IMG/VR virus record: IMGVR_UViG_3300002091_000010
Span: 1 to 39,242 of that record
DNA length: 39,242 nucleotides
Source of the DNA: a virus
Strand: one strand, 5' to 3'
This document shows positions 8,143 through 15,216 of the stretch, one piece after another; within the stretch, counting starts at the first letter, position 1; every line of letters begins with the position of its first letter. The notes under the pieces were generated by a model. The model was not told the DNA's origin. It saw nothing but the letters and a program-made list of their open reading frames with translations, and made no database searches. The position numbers and the translations under genes are program-made.

Positions 8143-9990
8143 ATGAGCTCAAACCAACAAACGCCTAACAGTTTTTATGTAGTCTCAAATGCTATCTCAT
8201 CGTCAAGCCCTTTTATTGAGGTTTTTGAAACAAGAGCTCCGACCTCCTACGACACTAACTATCCAATCCAAAAGCGTTGGTTTAACAAAACCACAAACTC
8301 GGAATGGATTTTAACAGGTTTCACTAGCTTTAACGGTGTTTTGCAAGCTACATGGGTAGAATTCATGGGAAGTTCTGGAGTTGTAGAGGATTTTGCTGTA
8401 CAAACTGGAACCTCTCCAGTTGTACCATTAGTAAGTACCGTAACTTTTAACGGAGCAGTTGTTCCAGCTGGAACTCATCCAGTACGTACAGATGGCACCG
8501 GGGCTAATACAATGGCTTTAGAAGTTCAGATAAGCCAAGCAATAGCCGCTACAGACGCAACCAAAATAGGCCTTGCAGCATTTGATTCTGCAAGTTTTAC
8601 CGTCGATGCAAATGGCTATGTAAGTTTGGTGGGTGGAAGTGGTGCAGTTATTGAAAAGATTAACTTAGATACTGGGACTTCTCCGATAGTTCCTTCGAGC
8701 GGAGCCATTACCTTGACAGCTGGGACAGTGGCAGCGGGAACACATCCAATTCGAACAGATGGAACAGGTCCTAATACAGCAAAAATTGAGGCTCAATTTA
8801 GCCAAGCAATAGCCGCTACAGACGCCACAAAAGTAGGTCTTTGTAATTTCGATTCAGCACGATTTACTGTGGATGCAAACGGATTTGTCTCTTTGGGTGG
8901 GTCTGGAGTGGTAGAAACTTTGACTGCTGATACAGGTGGTGCATTAGCGCCAACAGCGGGCAACTTTAATATATTTGGGGGAGTTGGCATATCTACTTCC
9001 GGCTCTGGTTCAACTATCACAATAAACAATAAAGGAGCTTCTCCAACATCAGGAGTAGTTAACCTAGGAGTTTCCTATTCCGGCGGGACATTTAAAGTAA
9101 CATCAGCTTCAGGAAGCGCTTTATCAGCAACTAATCCAGGTTATGTCACTTTGCAAGGGAAAACAGCAGGCATAGTTAAGACAGTAGCTGTGACATCTGA
9201 TCAATCTTTTGTGGACGCAACAGGAGCTAGCACTATTAGTGGTAATCTTTTTGGACTAACTACAGGTATAGCTTTTACCCAAGACATTCCATTTTGGATA
9301 TATGCCGTACTTAATGATGCAGAAACAGCAATTTCATTTATGATTAGTCGATATCCAGGTGCAACCGGTTCTCCAGCAGCTGCAAAAATTGGTAAAACAG
9401 GTAGTGCAGTTGCAGATTCACAAGGAAGTTTCTTTGCTTTGAGCAATCCAACTGTAGCTGACTATGAATCTAATCCTTGCCTTAACATTGGATCAATGAG
9501 AATGAGAATGAGTGCTGCCGATGATTGGACAGTGCAAGCATTAGATAATGGAGATGGAATCGGTGAATTTCAGTTATCTAGGGGATTTGTAATGACTACT
9601 GGTCAATTCGGAGCTGCTTCAGGTAAATATTTTTATGATAACGGTGGAACAGCGCCAGCCTTTACATCCACTTCATTTAACTATTATTTCCAAGATTTAA
9701 GTGGGTTTTTTCATTATTTTTTTGAGGGAACGAATGTAAGCACAGCAGGAATTGGAGCAGTTACTCTTTTACTTGCATTGCCTTATATAATAGCAGGCGC
9801 AGTTCATGGAAGCGGATATACAGGGGCAGCGGGAGCCCCAACAGGAACAATTATTCCCAAATTGTTTACAGCATCTACAAATAAAACAGCTTTAGCAGCT
9901 CCGGCGTCTGCTAGATTTTTTCTAAATAATGACTTTACATTAACGACAGATATGAGCATGTGTGGATATATATCAGCCGTTAACTCTTAA
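8143..9990 (+). CDS. Tail fibre / receptor-binding protein, 615 aa, with an internal 89-codon tandem repeat
   Basis: Shares the N-terminal anchor domain with the 2411 ORF. Two 89-aa repeats plus a third degenerate unit. Distinct C-terminal about 300 aa (candidate receptor-binding head). Confidence 0.7.
   Translation: MSSNQQTPNSFYVVSNAISSSSPFIEVFETRAPTSYDTNYPIQKRWFNKTTNSEWILTGFTSFNGVLQATWVEFMGSSGVVEDFAVQTGTSPVVPLVSTVTFNGAVVPAGTHPVRTDGTGANTMALEVQISQAIAATDATKIGLAAFDSASFTVDANGYVSLVGGSGAVIEKINLDTGTSPIVPSSGAITLTAGTVAAGTHPIRTDGTGPNTAKIEAQFSQAIAATDATKVGLCNFDSARFTVDANGFVSLGGSGVVETLTADTGGALAPTAGNFNIFGGVGISTSGSGSTITINNKGASPTSGVVNLGVSYSGGTFKVTSASGSALSATNPGYVTLQGKTAGIVKTVAVTSDQSFVDATGASTISGNLFGLTTGIAFTQDIPFWIYAVLNDAETAISFMISRYPGATGSPAAAKIGKTGSAVADSQGSFFALSNPTVADYESNPCLNIGSMRMRMSAADDWTVQALDNGDGIGEFQLSRGFVMTTGQFGAASGKYFYDNGGTAPAFTSTSFNYYFQDLSGFFHYFFEGTNVSTAGIGAVTLLLALPYIIAGAVHGSGYTGAAGAPTGTIIPKLFTASTNKTALAAPASARFFLNNDFTLTTDMSMCGYISAVNS
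8380..8907 (+). repeat. Tandem in-frame duplication (2 x 267 nt) inside the 615-aa fibre gene
   Basis: Exact 26-mer agccaagcaatagccgctacagacgc at 8533-8558 and 8800-8825 (offset 267 nt). Protein units VVEDFAVQTGTSPVVP...DANGYVSLVGG and VIEKINLDTGTSPIVP...DANGFVSLGG. Confidence 0.85.
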
Positions 9991-10801
9991 GAATTGGATC
10001 GTAAACTTCGTTTAATGGCATTATTGAGTCGATTAAATCTTTCACATCATTATTCCATCGCATTCTTCTGGGAATTTTGACATTAAAGAAAAAGTCCTCG
10101 TCTCTGGTCCAATAATGGTGCATGCGAAAAATAGATCGAGTATTAGACGGGGATTTATAATCATTAATTCTCTCAAAAGCTTCATTTACGGCATAGCCGT
10201 TTAAATATGTAAAATAGTGAGGATTTTGGCAATCTTTTATCATTATAGGCTTAGCTATTGTTTTGATAGACGAATTCCCATGAAAATCATCTTTTGCTCT
10301 CCAAACAAGATGATCAAGCATCTTCTCGCCTTTAGGAATTTTAGAAATATGTGAAGTTCCGTAAAAAGTCCAATTTATAACAACAGCAGAAAAGCTGTCA
10401 TATAGTCTTAATTTATCAATAAGTTTTGAGCCATCAGGGCAAAATATGAATTCATCAGTATCGATAAATGCGCACCATTTAGCCCTTTTTTTGATAGATT
10501 GTGAGCAAATAAAATAAGCGTTGCATTGAATTGCATTCCATTCTTTAGGAGTATTGTATTGATACGGCCAATGAATTAGGTCGACTAAACCAGATTTAAT
10601 ATAAGGATCTAAAATAAGCTCTGGATTATCTTTGCTTAGATTGTCAAATAAATAGAAATGTTGGATGCCTTGTTTTTCATGAAACTCTATCCATTCAGCT
10701 AGAAACCTAGCCTCATCTTGAAAAATAGCACAGACGACAAGATCATATTGATAACTGAATGCCAATAAAGGCCACAGAAGCAAGGCGATTAAATATTTCA
10801 T
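9980..10801 (-). CDS. GT92 (DUF23)-like GT-A glycosyltransferase with an N-terminal signal peptide or membrane anchor, 273 aa
   Basis: MKYLIALLLWPLLAFS leader, then VVCAIFQDEARFLAEWIEFHEKQGIQHFYLFDN...WCAFIDTDEFIF (DxD). This is the pattern I associate with glycosyltransferase family 92. 3' end overlaps the fibre gene by 11 nt. Confidence 0.6.
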   Translation of the reverse strand: MKYLIALLLWPLLAFSYQYDLVVCAIFQDEARFLAEWIEFHEKQGIQHFYLFDNLSKDNPELILDPYIKSGLVDLIHWPYQYNTPKEWNAIQCNAYFICSQSIKKRAKWCAFIDTDEFIFCPDGSKLIDKLRLYDSFSAVVINWTFYGTSHISKIPKGEKMLDHLVWRAKDDFHGNSSIKTIAKPIMIKDCQNPHYFTYLNGYAVNEAFERINDYKSPSNTRSIFRMHHYWTRDEDFFFNVKIPRRMRWNNDVKDLIDSIMPLNEVYDPILKS

Positions 10802-10998
10802 TGAGACTCTCTAAATGTTTCTGTGGTTACTGTTGTAATTGTATAGCTAGAGTGTGACCCCTTTCGCTCAAATTTATCCGTAGTTGGAAGATCCATAACA
10901 ACAACTTTCCTACCAAAAAAGCAGCAGTTGCAAGAATCCCGAACTTTAACGTGTGATTCTGCTCTCATGTGGACGTCTGCTAATATGGGCGTTGTCAT
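10798..10998 (-). CDS. Hypothetical Cys-containing protein, 66 aa, translationally coupled to the GT92-like gene
   Basis: Strong G-rich RBS (aagggggggtatctATG). Stop overlaps the GT92 start (ATGA). CNCC motif. Confidence 0.5.
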   Translation of the reverse strand: MTTPILADVHMRAESHVKVRDSCNCCFFGRKVVVMDLPTTDKFERKGSHSSYTITTVTTETFRESQ

Positions 10999-11059
10999 AG
11001 ATACCCCCCTTTTGACCTAGATTAGTCACAAAGGGGCTTTAATGTAAAACCGCTTTACA

Positions 11060-11260
11060 TTACCAAATTTGCGCGTTCATTGGCAATTCTCTAAGAGTAG
11101 GCCGCACTTCGCCAAGCTCTTGTGATGAGGCTTTGCGCTCAGCTTTAGGCTCGCAAGTTTTAAGATCGCCGTAAGAGTCAACTGTGTAAGTTTGTCCATT
11201 GCTAGTAACGTGAGCATGAATAGAAGCGGAAACAAGCATTGTAGCTAAAATGTATTTCAT
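11060..11260 (-). CDS. Small secreted protein, 66 aa
   Basis: Sec-type leader MKYILATMLVSASIHA, similar to the leader of the GT92-like protein. Weak RBS. Confidence 0.45.
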   Translation of the reverse strand: MKYILATMLVSASIHAHVTSNGQTYTVDSYGDLKTCEPKAERKASSQELGEVRPTLRELPMNAQIW

Positions 11261-11351
11261 AAAATCCTAAAGTTTGGGGGACGATTATCCCTGTGTTGTT
11301 GAATCTTTTGTTCTACGTGGCACGGTGTAAAAAGCCATCTTAAAAAACGTT

Positions 11352-11657
11352 TCATGCAAGCCCCGGAAAAGTAAGTTGATCTTTGGATTCTTTCTTTTTT
11401 CTTCTTTTTTTAGCAGGAAAAACAGGCATAGCAGGGGATAGATCAACAAGGGTAGCTCCGCAATGCTGAATAACAAAACGTTTGAGTTGCATTATTTCCT
11501 CTTGCTGCATAGCGTACATTTTCATGAGGTCGCCATGACGTGCAAACAGGCTTTTTCGAAGATTGTCTTGTGCTTCGGATGTTTTTGCAAGCTCTCGGTA
11601 AATAATGCTAACATCGTCATTTGCTTCAAATAGGGACAGTTGTATTGCGTGCGCCAT
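11352..11657 (-). CDS. Hypothetical early protein, 101 aa (Lys/Arg-rich C-terminus KKRRKKKESK)
   Basis: ORF track. An in-frame stop immediately upstream fixes the start. Competing ORFs 11285-11476 and 11522-11719 overlap it. Confidence 0.45.
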   Translation of the reverse strand: MAHAIQLSLFEANDDVSIIYRELAKTSEAQDNLRKSLFARHGDLMKMYAMQQEEIMQLKRFVIQHCGATLVDLSPAMPVFPAKKRRKKKESKDQLTFPGLA

Positions 11658-11872
11658 GTTCTTCTTCTACTTTTAATATTTTCCATTCTCCAGCCTGTCC
11701 CGGGACAGAAATCCACCATCCAGTAACAATTGGTTGCACGAGTATAGCAGAAGAAACGGATATTTCGGTAGAGCCTTTTTTTAAGGTAACTAACATTCCT
11801 GAATGTCCTTGTAAACTTCTTCTTTTAATTCTTCAGTATTTGTAATCTTTGAAGGTGAATGTTGTATTATTG

Positions 11873-12169
11873 TCATTTAGCCACCTTTTTTTTTGGTTTG
11901 GCTTTAAGGTTTTTTTCTAAATCCTTAATTTTTTTGTCTTGGTTAACAAGAATTGATTGTAGAGCATTAAATTGAGATTCATAGGTCTCAATAAATTGAT
12001 TCATGCGCTTAGTCTTCTCTTCAAGTTGTAACATAAGCTCTTTGATATGAGTACCAAACAAATGATTTTGACTGCATTGTGTCGCACGAAGATGCTCAAT
12101 AGAAGCCCCCCAATTGTAGGGAGCTTCTTTTGTAGCAAAGTAATTTTTAAGATTGTCTAGGAATTTCAT
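11873..12169 (-). CDS. Coiled-coil protein, 98 aa
   Basis: ORF track. Follows RecT in the same operon. Confidence 0.5.
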   Translation of the reverse strand: MKFLDNLKNYFATKEAPYNWGASIEHLRATQCSQNHLFGTHIKELMLQLEEKTKRMNQFIETYESQFNALQSILVNQDKKIKDLEKNLKAKPKKKVAK

Positions 12170-12183
12170 AAATTTTTACCATG

Positions 12184-12990
12184 TTATTGATGTGTTTGAT
12201 TTTTAGCAACCTGCTTTTCGTTCCATGCCATGACGTCTTTGTTTAGCTGTGCTGGCTGTTCTTCGTACCGCTCTAGTACTGTAAGCCATTCCTTTGTCCA
12301 AGCAGCTTCTTTCTTAAGCTTCTTCTTAAAGTGCGCTTTACATACGGTCATGTAGTCCATGTAAAGCTGCTTTACATCATCGTCAAGACCTAGCAAAAGC
12401 ACTTCCTCTTTCGGCTTAAAATTAACAACTTCCTCGATTATTTGCACTTCAGCTTGGTCCATCTCTTCAGAAGTATAGATACCGCTAAGATCTGCCGGGA
12501 ATGCCTTACGTAAAGCTACAGCTTCAGCAACTTTAGCTAGCATCACATGCGGCATCTTCGTCCAGAAGGGATTCGGATACGTTCCGGAGGGTCTAAACTC
12601 ATCCATGTACGCTGTTGCGGCTACATCATGCCATGTGCCATCGACTGTCATCTTTCTAACGTAAGAAGTGGCACTTATGATAATTCCCTTTTCATCGTAT
12701 TCAAATTTAGATTCACGACCAGGTGCATATTTCCCAGTTCTCTCAGCAATGAGACGAAAACCATCAATAGATGTTTGTATCGTTCTAGTAGTTATTCCTG
12801 TTTTATGGTCTTTTCTTGGAATGCTATAGATCTGCTTCATAAAAGGATCAAGCCCTGTGTGCTTGCAAATGTGCATGAACATCTCAAGCTCGGCATCTGT
12901 TGCGCCTTTACATACGGTGTCCTTAAGTAATTGAATTTTCTCCGGTGAGAAGCTTAATCCTTGTGATCTTTTGTCAATTTCTAGTGTCAT
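12184..12990 (-). CDS. recT: RecT-family single-strand annealing recombinase, 268 aa
   Basis: Motifs DPFMKQIYSIPR, TIQTSIDGFRLIAERTGKYAPG and FWTKMPHVMLAKVAEAVALRKAFPADLSGIYTSEEM. Start moved to ATG 12990 (MTLEIDK...) downstream of the track start. Confidence 0.85.
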   Translation of the reverse strand: MTLEIDKRSQGLSFSPEKIQLLKDTVCKGATDAELEMFMHICKHTGLDPFMKQIYSIPRKDHKTGITTRTIQTSIDGFRLIAERTGKYAPGRESKFEYDEKGIIISATSYVRKMTVDGTWHDVAATAYMDEFRPSGTYPNPFWTKMPHVMLAKVAEAVALRKAFPADLSGIYTSEEMDQAEVQIIEEVVNFKPKEEVLLLGLDDDVKQLYMDYMTVCKAHFKKKLKKEAAWTKEWLTVLERYEEQPAQLNKDVMAWNEKQVAKNQTHQ

Positions 12991-13122
12991 TTTCCCTTTT
13001 CCTTGTTTTTTATTTTGTGTTTGTCTAAAACAAAGGTAGCAAATTTTCATAGTTTGCTCCTTTAAGTGTTAAATTTCTTGCAGGCGGCCTAAAAACCGCT
13101 TGTAAGTTTTTTCAAGTCCGAC

Positions 13123-13692
13123 TCAGAAATCTCCCAAGTCAATCGTTTGTTTTGTGTTCTGGAAAAATTCCCGGTACGTTTTAAGCAACCTGAGAAAACC
13201 GTCGAATGCGGCTTCATCATAAAGGTATGAACGCGCAAATTTTCCTTCCTTGCTAAGCTTAACGAATTCGATTGCTTTAATGTCATAACCTTTTTTCCTT
13301 GCCATATGCGCGTAAGCAGATCCTTGGTACTTCCAGGTTTTGCCTTCGTTTGCGCTTGTTTTAAAATCTACTAAAATTAAGTCCCCATTGAGGTCATAAA
13401 TACAGTCGCATTCTCCTGTAATCATGTACTCATCATCATAAAATCTGTCAGGACGTGCGATAAAGCTCTTTCCTTTAGCCCACGCTTCATAGGAGTCAAT
13501 ATACCCATGTAAAGCCAAGGATATATCTCCCGTGGGCAGCCCTTCTTGCATACACTCGATAATTTCATGCACAGCCGTTCCGCGATCACAAGCGGCTTCT
13601 AAAATATCCTTTGGAACTAAACTGATGCCAGAAAAAGGACTTAAAATAGTTGTTACTCTTTCATATAGAGGAAAGGGGAAGTCATCATCCAT
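13123..13692 (-). CDS. PD-(D/E)XK exonuclease (RecE/YqaJ/Cas4-like partner of RecT), 189 aa
   Basis: GTAVHEIIE ... ECDCIYDLNGDLILVDFKT (D..D/ExK core) ... YQGSAYAHM. Start chosen at MDDDFPFP (8-nt overlap with the upstream ORF). Confidence 0.65.
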   Translation of the reverse strand: MDDDFPFPLYERVTTILSPFSGISLVPKDILEAACDRGTAVHEIIECMQEGLPTGDISLALHGYIDSYEAWAKGKSFIARPDRFYDDEYMITGECDCIYDLNGDLILVDFKTSANEGKTWKYQGSAYAHMARKKGYDIKAIEFVKLSKEGKFARSYLYDEAAFDGFLRLLKTYREFFQNTKQTIDLGDF

Positions 13693-14038
13693 AGTTAGCC
13701 TCGTATTCATCTTGTGCGTATTCGTATCTAAAAAGTTTTTGTTGATCGCAAAGATATTCGAAAATACCATCATCGTCTCCACGGATTGCTTTAAGATCGT
13801 CTTCAGTCAAACCACAAACCTCAACGATCATTTCAGCAGAGGAACAGTCAGTTTCTCGGTAAGCTTCAGCAAGAGTTTTAGCAAAGCCTTCAATTAACGC
13901 TGGATTTACATACTCTTCAAGCTTTGAAATAGCTTTAGAATATCTGCGGTCCATTTCATTTTCGATCATCTGTTCTTTAATTAACATGTAATCGTATTCA
14001 TCCATGTATCGGTTCAATTGATAAATATTTCCATCCAT
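13685..14038 (-). CDS. Acidic hypothetical protein, 117 aa (first gene of the leftward early operon)
   Basis: AAGGGA RBS. Diverges from the Cro-like gene. Confidence 0.55.
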   Translation of the reverse strand: MDGNIYQLNRYMDEYDYMLIKEQMIENEMDRRYSKAISKLEEYVNPALIEGFAKTLAEAYRETDCSSAEMIVEVCGLTEDDLKAIRGDDDGIFEYLCDQQKLFRYEYAQDEYEANYG

Positions 14039-14049
14039 TTTATTTTCCC

Positions 14050-14078
14050 TTGACGTTTCCGTCGTTCCCTGTTAACTT
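14050..14078 (+). promoter_or_regulatory. Rightward early promoter candidate (TTGACG - 17 nt - TAACTT)
   Basis: Read in the 88-nt divergent intergenic region upstream of the HTH gene. Confidence 0.4.
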
Positions 14079-14087
14079 GTTGTCTGT

Positions 14088-14116
14088 ATCGTAACATTTA
14101 CAAACATATAAATCAA
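14088..14116 (-). promoter_or_regulatory. Leftward early promoter candidate (TTGATT - 17 nt - TACGAT on the minus strand)
   Basis: Reverse complement of 14088-14116. Back-to-back with the rightward candidate. Confidence 0.4.
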
Positions 14117-14125
14117 GGATATTTC

Positions 14126-14335
14126 ATGGAACTTAAAGAATATTTAACGAAACGCGGCATTTCAAACGCTAAATTTGGTAAGCTTATAGGAGTGTCGGGA
14201 GCATCAATTGGGTTACTGAGCAAACAAAAAAGAGATACCTCTCTAAGAACAGCTTTACGTATTCAGCACGAATCAGAGGGAAAAGTTAAGGTAACGGATT
14301 TAATAGAAGAAAGTGAGTGGAAAATAAACTCTTGA
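14126..14335 (+). CDS. Cro/YdaS-like helix-turn-helix transcriptional regulator, 69 aa
   Basis: GISNAKFGKLIGVSGASIGLLSKQKR (HTH), then ALRIQHESEGKVKVTDL, as in small Cro-type regulators. Sits at the divergent promoter region. Confidence 0.65.
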   Translation: MELKEYLTKRGISNAKFGKLIGVSGASIGLLSKQKRDTSLRTALRIQHESEGKVKVTDLIEESEWKINS

Positions 14336-14375
14336 ATTTTTTGTAAAATAAGTAGAGAGTATGTCGGAAAGAGAG

Positions 14376-14401
14376 GCCTGGAAGATTAGCGTCTTCCAGG
14401 C
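14376..14401. terminator. Perfect 10-bp stem hairpin (GCCTGGAAGA ttagcg TCTTCCAGGC) after the Cro-like gene
   Basis: Read directly. Followed by AAAAAC rather than a T-run, so terminator function is uncertain. Confidence 0.35.
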
Positions 14402-14463
14402 AAAAACAAGGAACACAGGGGTTCCAATTATTGCAAATAGCCTCTTTTTATACAAGAGGTTTT

Positions 14464-14739
14464 ATGCAACAAATTTATCCCCCTTATCAATTTCTTAAAA
14501 GCGTGCTCACAAACTGCTATAAAGCTGGGTTGCTGTATTTGCAGCTTTGGGAGCTAGCCGATGATAACCTACAAGTTAAGTTGAAAAAGAATGACATTAG
14601 AGATCGCCTTCTCACTTCTCCTACTCGTGTGCGTAATGACATTTCTATGTTGGTGCGCGAAGGACTCATCTCCGTCTACGAAACGGCAGACGTCTATAAA
14701 ATCGAACTCGTTGGGTGGGATAATGATGACGAGGAATAA
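14464..14739 (+). CDS. Winged-helix-like DNA-binding protein, 91 aa
   Basis: AAGAGG RBS before ATG 14464 (the track start at 14431 is TTG). RLLTSPTRVRNDISMLVREGLISVYE resembles a recognition helix plus wing. Confidence 0.5.
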   Translation: MQQIYPPYQFLKSVLTNCYKAGLLYLQLWELADDNLQVKLKKNDIRDRLLTSPTRVRNDISMLVREGLISVYETADVYKIELVGWDNDDEE

Positions 14740-15064
14740 GAGCGTTAATGTGTGTTACTGCCGCAAGTGTATTGACCCTTTGCTTAACTATGGCGAGATA
14801 CTCATGAGCTGCTACGAAACGATTTGTGAGTTTTACTCAGGAAATGAATTTGCTTTGCCGATTCAAGAAGCGCAGTGTGGACCTGGAACCATGACGATGG
14901 TAAGATTTTTAGAGCTTAAAGGCTTTGTGACAACTACAGAGCTAACGGAAGATATTTGTATCGTTAAGCCAAATAATCACTCATATAGCAAAAAAGGACA
15001 TCTGTATTGCTGCAATCCAGCGATTCATTGTGCTGATTTTGTTAAGAGTGATATGTTAGATTAG
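14723..15064 (+). CDS. Cys-rich (zinc-binding?) protein, 113 aa
   Basis: CYCRKC ... C..C ... CC....HC. Start set at ATG 14723, which overlaps the upstream stop, instead of 14591. Confidence 0.5.
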   Translation: MMTRNKSVNVCYCRKCIDPLLNYGEILMSCYETICEFYSGNEFALPIQEAQCGPGTMTMVRFLELKGFVTTTELTEDICIVKPNNHSYSKKGHLYCCNPAIHCADFVKSDMLD

Positions 15065-15081
15065 TTGAGAAAAGTTAAAGT

Positions 15082-15103
15082 GCCGCTGCACGGATGCAGC
15101 GGC
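15082..15103 (+). terminator. GC-rich hairpin (GCCGCTGCA cgga TGCAGCGGC), 9-bp stem
   Basis: Read directly, 18 nt after the stop at 15064. No clean T-run follows (GTTAACTTTG). Confidence 0.45.
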
Positions 15104-15115
15104 GTTAACTTTGTC

Positions 15116-15178
15116 CTGATAGGAACAACTATCAGATGAACACACGTGATAATGTCTTCATCTTATAGCTCCTATCAG
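15116..15178. promoter_or_regulatory. CTGATAG/CTATCAG inverted repeat plus a third CTATCAG copy upstream of the replication-initiator gene (operator-like)
   Basis: CTGATAG 15116-15122, CTATCAG 15129-15135, CTATCAG 15172-15178. CACGTG palindrome in between. Confidence 0.35.
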
Positions 15179-15216
15179 TTTTTTGCAATTGAAAGAAAAA
15201 ACTTTATAGGAAATTT

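Noticed and set aside
2411-9990. Diversity-generating retroelement targeting the fibre genes
   Set aside because: No reverse transcriptase ORF exists anywhere in the genome. No template/variable repeat pair with adenine-specific mismatches was seen. The repeats present are ordinary in-frame duplications.
11040-11062. 9-bp AT-rich hairpin TAATGTAAA accgc TTTACATTA at the end of the 66-aa secreted-protein gene
   Set aside because: The stem is real, but it has low stability and no U-tract on either strand, and it overlaps the stop codon. This is not enough to call a terminator.
11285-11845. Overlapping ORFs 11285-11476 (-), 11522-11719 (-) and 11621-11845 (+)
   Set aside because: They are mutually exclusive with the 11352-11657 ORF and have unusual composition. 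Only the 101-aa ORF was kept, at modest confidence. The 11658-11872 interval may hold a 28-aa ORF (11790-11876) that I could not support.
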